Source: Lingula anatina
Taxonomy: Eukaryota; Animalia; Brachiopoda
Reading direction: 5' to 3'
DNA: 64,000 nucleotides
Assembly: GCA_051362555.1 (NCBI GenBank)
Contig: CM120646.1
Coordinates: forward strand, 24,118,001-24,182,000
Shown: positions 61,856 through 64,000 of the stretch, one piece after another
How positions within the stretch are numbered: the stretch's first letter is position 1
How the letters are laid out: the number at the start of each line of letters is the position of its first letter
Translations under genes and position numbers: made by a program
Notes under the pieces: generated by a model
What the model saw: only the letters and a program-made list of their open reading frames with translations
Told to the model about the DNA's origin: nothing
Database searches by the model: none

Positions 61856-64000
61856 CCTCAGACCGTTGCCATAACGACTGCAGAGCTGCTTGTTAAATTC
61901 CGCGGATCTCTGCGTCACTCGACCACAAACTTGATTTAACTGCAATAACTGACGTCATGACATCTCACCTTCAACTTCTTACCGACCGCCTTATGTGAGA
62001 GTTTATGAACACATTTAATTAAACCACCTGTGAGTCAGGCAGTCAAGTACTCTGTTAATCACTTTAAAATTCCTTGAAGGGGGGGTCCTAAATAGTTTCA
62101 GAATTGGTCAATTTCTTTACGACTTAAAATTGGATAATCCGAGCTTACTATAATTCGGAAATAACATGGGTTTGAGACGATGTTGAGTCATTTTATCAGT
62201 TAACCAGGATGAGCTGATTAAGATAAGCCGTGTGATTTCTTATTATCATTTAAACTGATTTCGAGATGTTAAATCAGTTAGGTTAACAATGACAGAGGCG
62301 GTTGAAGACAATAATCAAAACAAAAACTACATTATTGAGCCACATTATTGAGCAGATTGAATTCTACTAAAATAAATTCGTGATGGCAAGGTGTCTACAA
62401 GAGTCTATACAGACCCCCCTCCCCCCTCCCTCCCCCCCCCCCCCCCCCCCCCCCCCCCGGCAGACGTCGGAAAGTCACTTTGCTGAAGATCAATTAAAGC
62501 CAAAGTCAGCAAACATCATATCTGACCCGGTACACATCACCCAACAGCATAAAACATACCGACAACGAGATCGAATCCTTGTAATGCAACATTCTTTTCT
62601 TGTCAAATATTGTGCCAGAGTGTTGTGAATGGACGAAGTTGTTCTAGGATGCCGAGCTAGTCACGCACCAGCAGCCGTATGTAACAGCAGGGCAGAGGTC
62701 GCCCTACACCCCCCCTGGCACTAACACAGAGAAATAAACACAAAGTTGGAGAATAAATTACTGGTGCCTTTAGCCGGTATTATCTGATACTCCTTTTATT
62801 GTGTTTGCTTACCGTAAAATATTTTCTGGGGTATCAGCGTTTTACCTCGAAGACAATGCAAAACTGTTCACCTTCCACTTGCTCACCAACCGAAATGTTT
62901 GACCAACTTTCTACAGCCCTACATAGCGTTTCAGGAAAAAATACTACCGTATCTTCTGGTGACTCCCTTCTTAAATCAAATATTGTTCAATTCTGCCTTT
63001 CCGATTAATAACTCTTTAAACACTCCATAACTTATTAAAACATGAAAAAATAAGCAGCTAAAAGGATGAAATGTTCTGTACTAAGCCATGCATTTCCACC
63101 CTGCACGCCAAGCTTTACCTGAGCCGCGGCATCCTGACTAGAAAACACTGCACGTGGTCACGTACCACGATGACACGTACGTCACCTGCAGTCACGGCAT
63201 TTGTTTTCTCGAGCTGACCATGATGACAAGTAACCGTCTGCTTCAGTGTCCAGCATAAGGTGACCACTAGTGACTGATTAAAACCTTTACCTGTATGTAT
63301 TTAAGAGAGGAGGACGTTCACAGAGCCTAAGGTGTTCATGTTGACTTTCCTATAAACATTTTAACAAGTACCAAACTATGTTCAGCATGTTACCCCCAAG
63401 ACAATGATTGGGGGAGCAAATACCGATTGCATTACCCCGCGTCACTTACATTTCACATATTTGACTAGTTCTGCCACTATTGACCCCCTCGTCCTAATCA
63501 CCCCGAGTAAGATCAATTTTCGCGGGCAATCGGCAAATATTTGAACGCTTAATGTCGATTACAACTCGGCAAGGAGGGAAGAGTACATATTAGTCTCGGT
63601 TCTAACGTGAATCAGAATTCGTAAGCGCTTACGTAACACAGTCCATTCCAAACAGCACTATTTGGCTACATGAATTCACTTGAGAGGTTGATAATTGGGG
63701 AGATGTCTGCGGAAACACACGGCGTTTACTCCTCCAGGTCTACACAGTGACAGGAGGCAGATTCGGCGCAGTTAATCACGCCGTCTGAACGCACTTAGTC
63801 CCGCGGTGTTATTATAAACGCCAAATCCTGTAAATTGATTCTTTATTACTCCCGTCAATATTAGCCTATTCTGCGGTTAATGACCACTATATTGTACCTT
63901 CAAATGTAAGTTTGTAATTTATACACATATGTCAATTTAGTAGAGACCCTATAACATGTATCTGTATACGGTTTATGTCTAATAAAGTACATTTATTATT

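Overview
This is AT-rich eukaryotic DNA, probably from an invertebrate animal (lophotrochozoan/mollusc-like, an inference only). It has spliceosomal introns, microsatellites, poly-C tracts and many decayed transposons, with no prokaryotic operons, CRISPR, rRNA or tRNA visible. Supported content: (1) a TA-flanked Tc1 (DD34E) transposon at 3169-4482 with perfect 27-bp TIRs and a broken transposase; (2) a ~2.5-kb tandem duplication (28.8-33.9 kb) carrying two paralogous two-exon genes for small secreted proteins, each with a signal peptide, a near-invariant two-helix/two-Cys domain containing a GRR site, reshuffled cationic Trp-terminated R-T-T modules and a Pro/Thr tail; (3) two convergent genes whose visible CDS is one long exon encoding a probably disordered protein, one rich in RRxS motifs (37659-38789 +) and one with acidic tyrosine motifs such as IYEEI (40758-42587 -); (4) minisatellites (57, 39, 18 and 72-bp units), MITEs and probable LINE relics; (5) a ~21-kb stretch without credible coding sequence (43-64 kb). 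The best candidate for a novel system is the duplicated secreted-precursor pair, whose conserved carrier plus variable cationic last-exon tail resembles the logic of cathelicidins. No database searches were run, so function and novelty are unverified.
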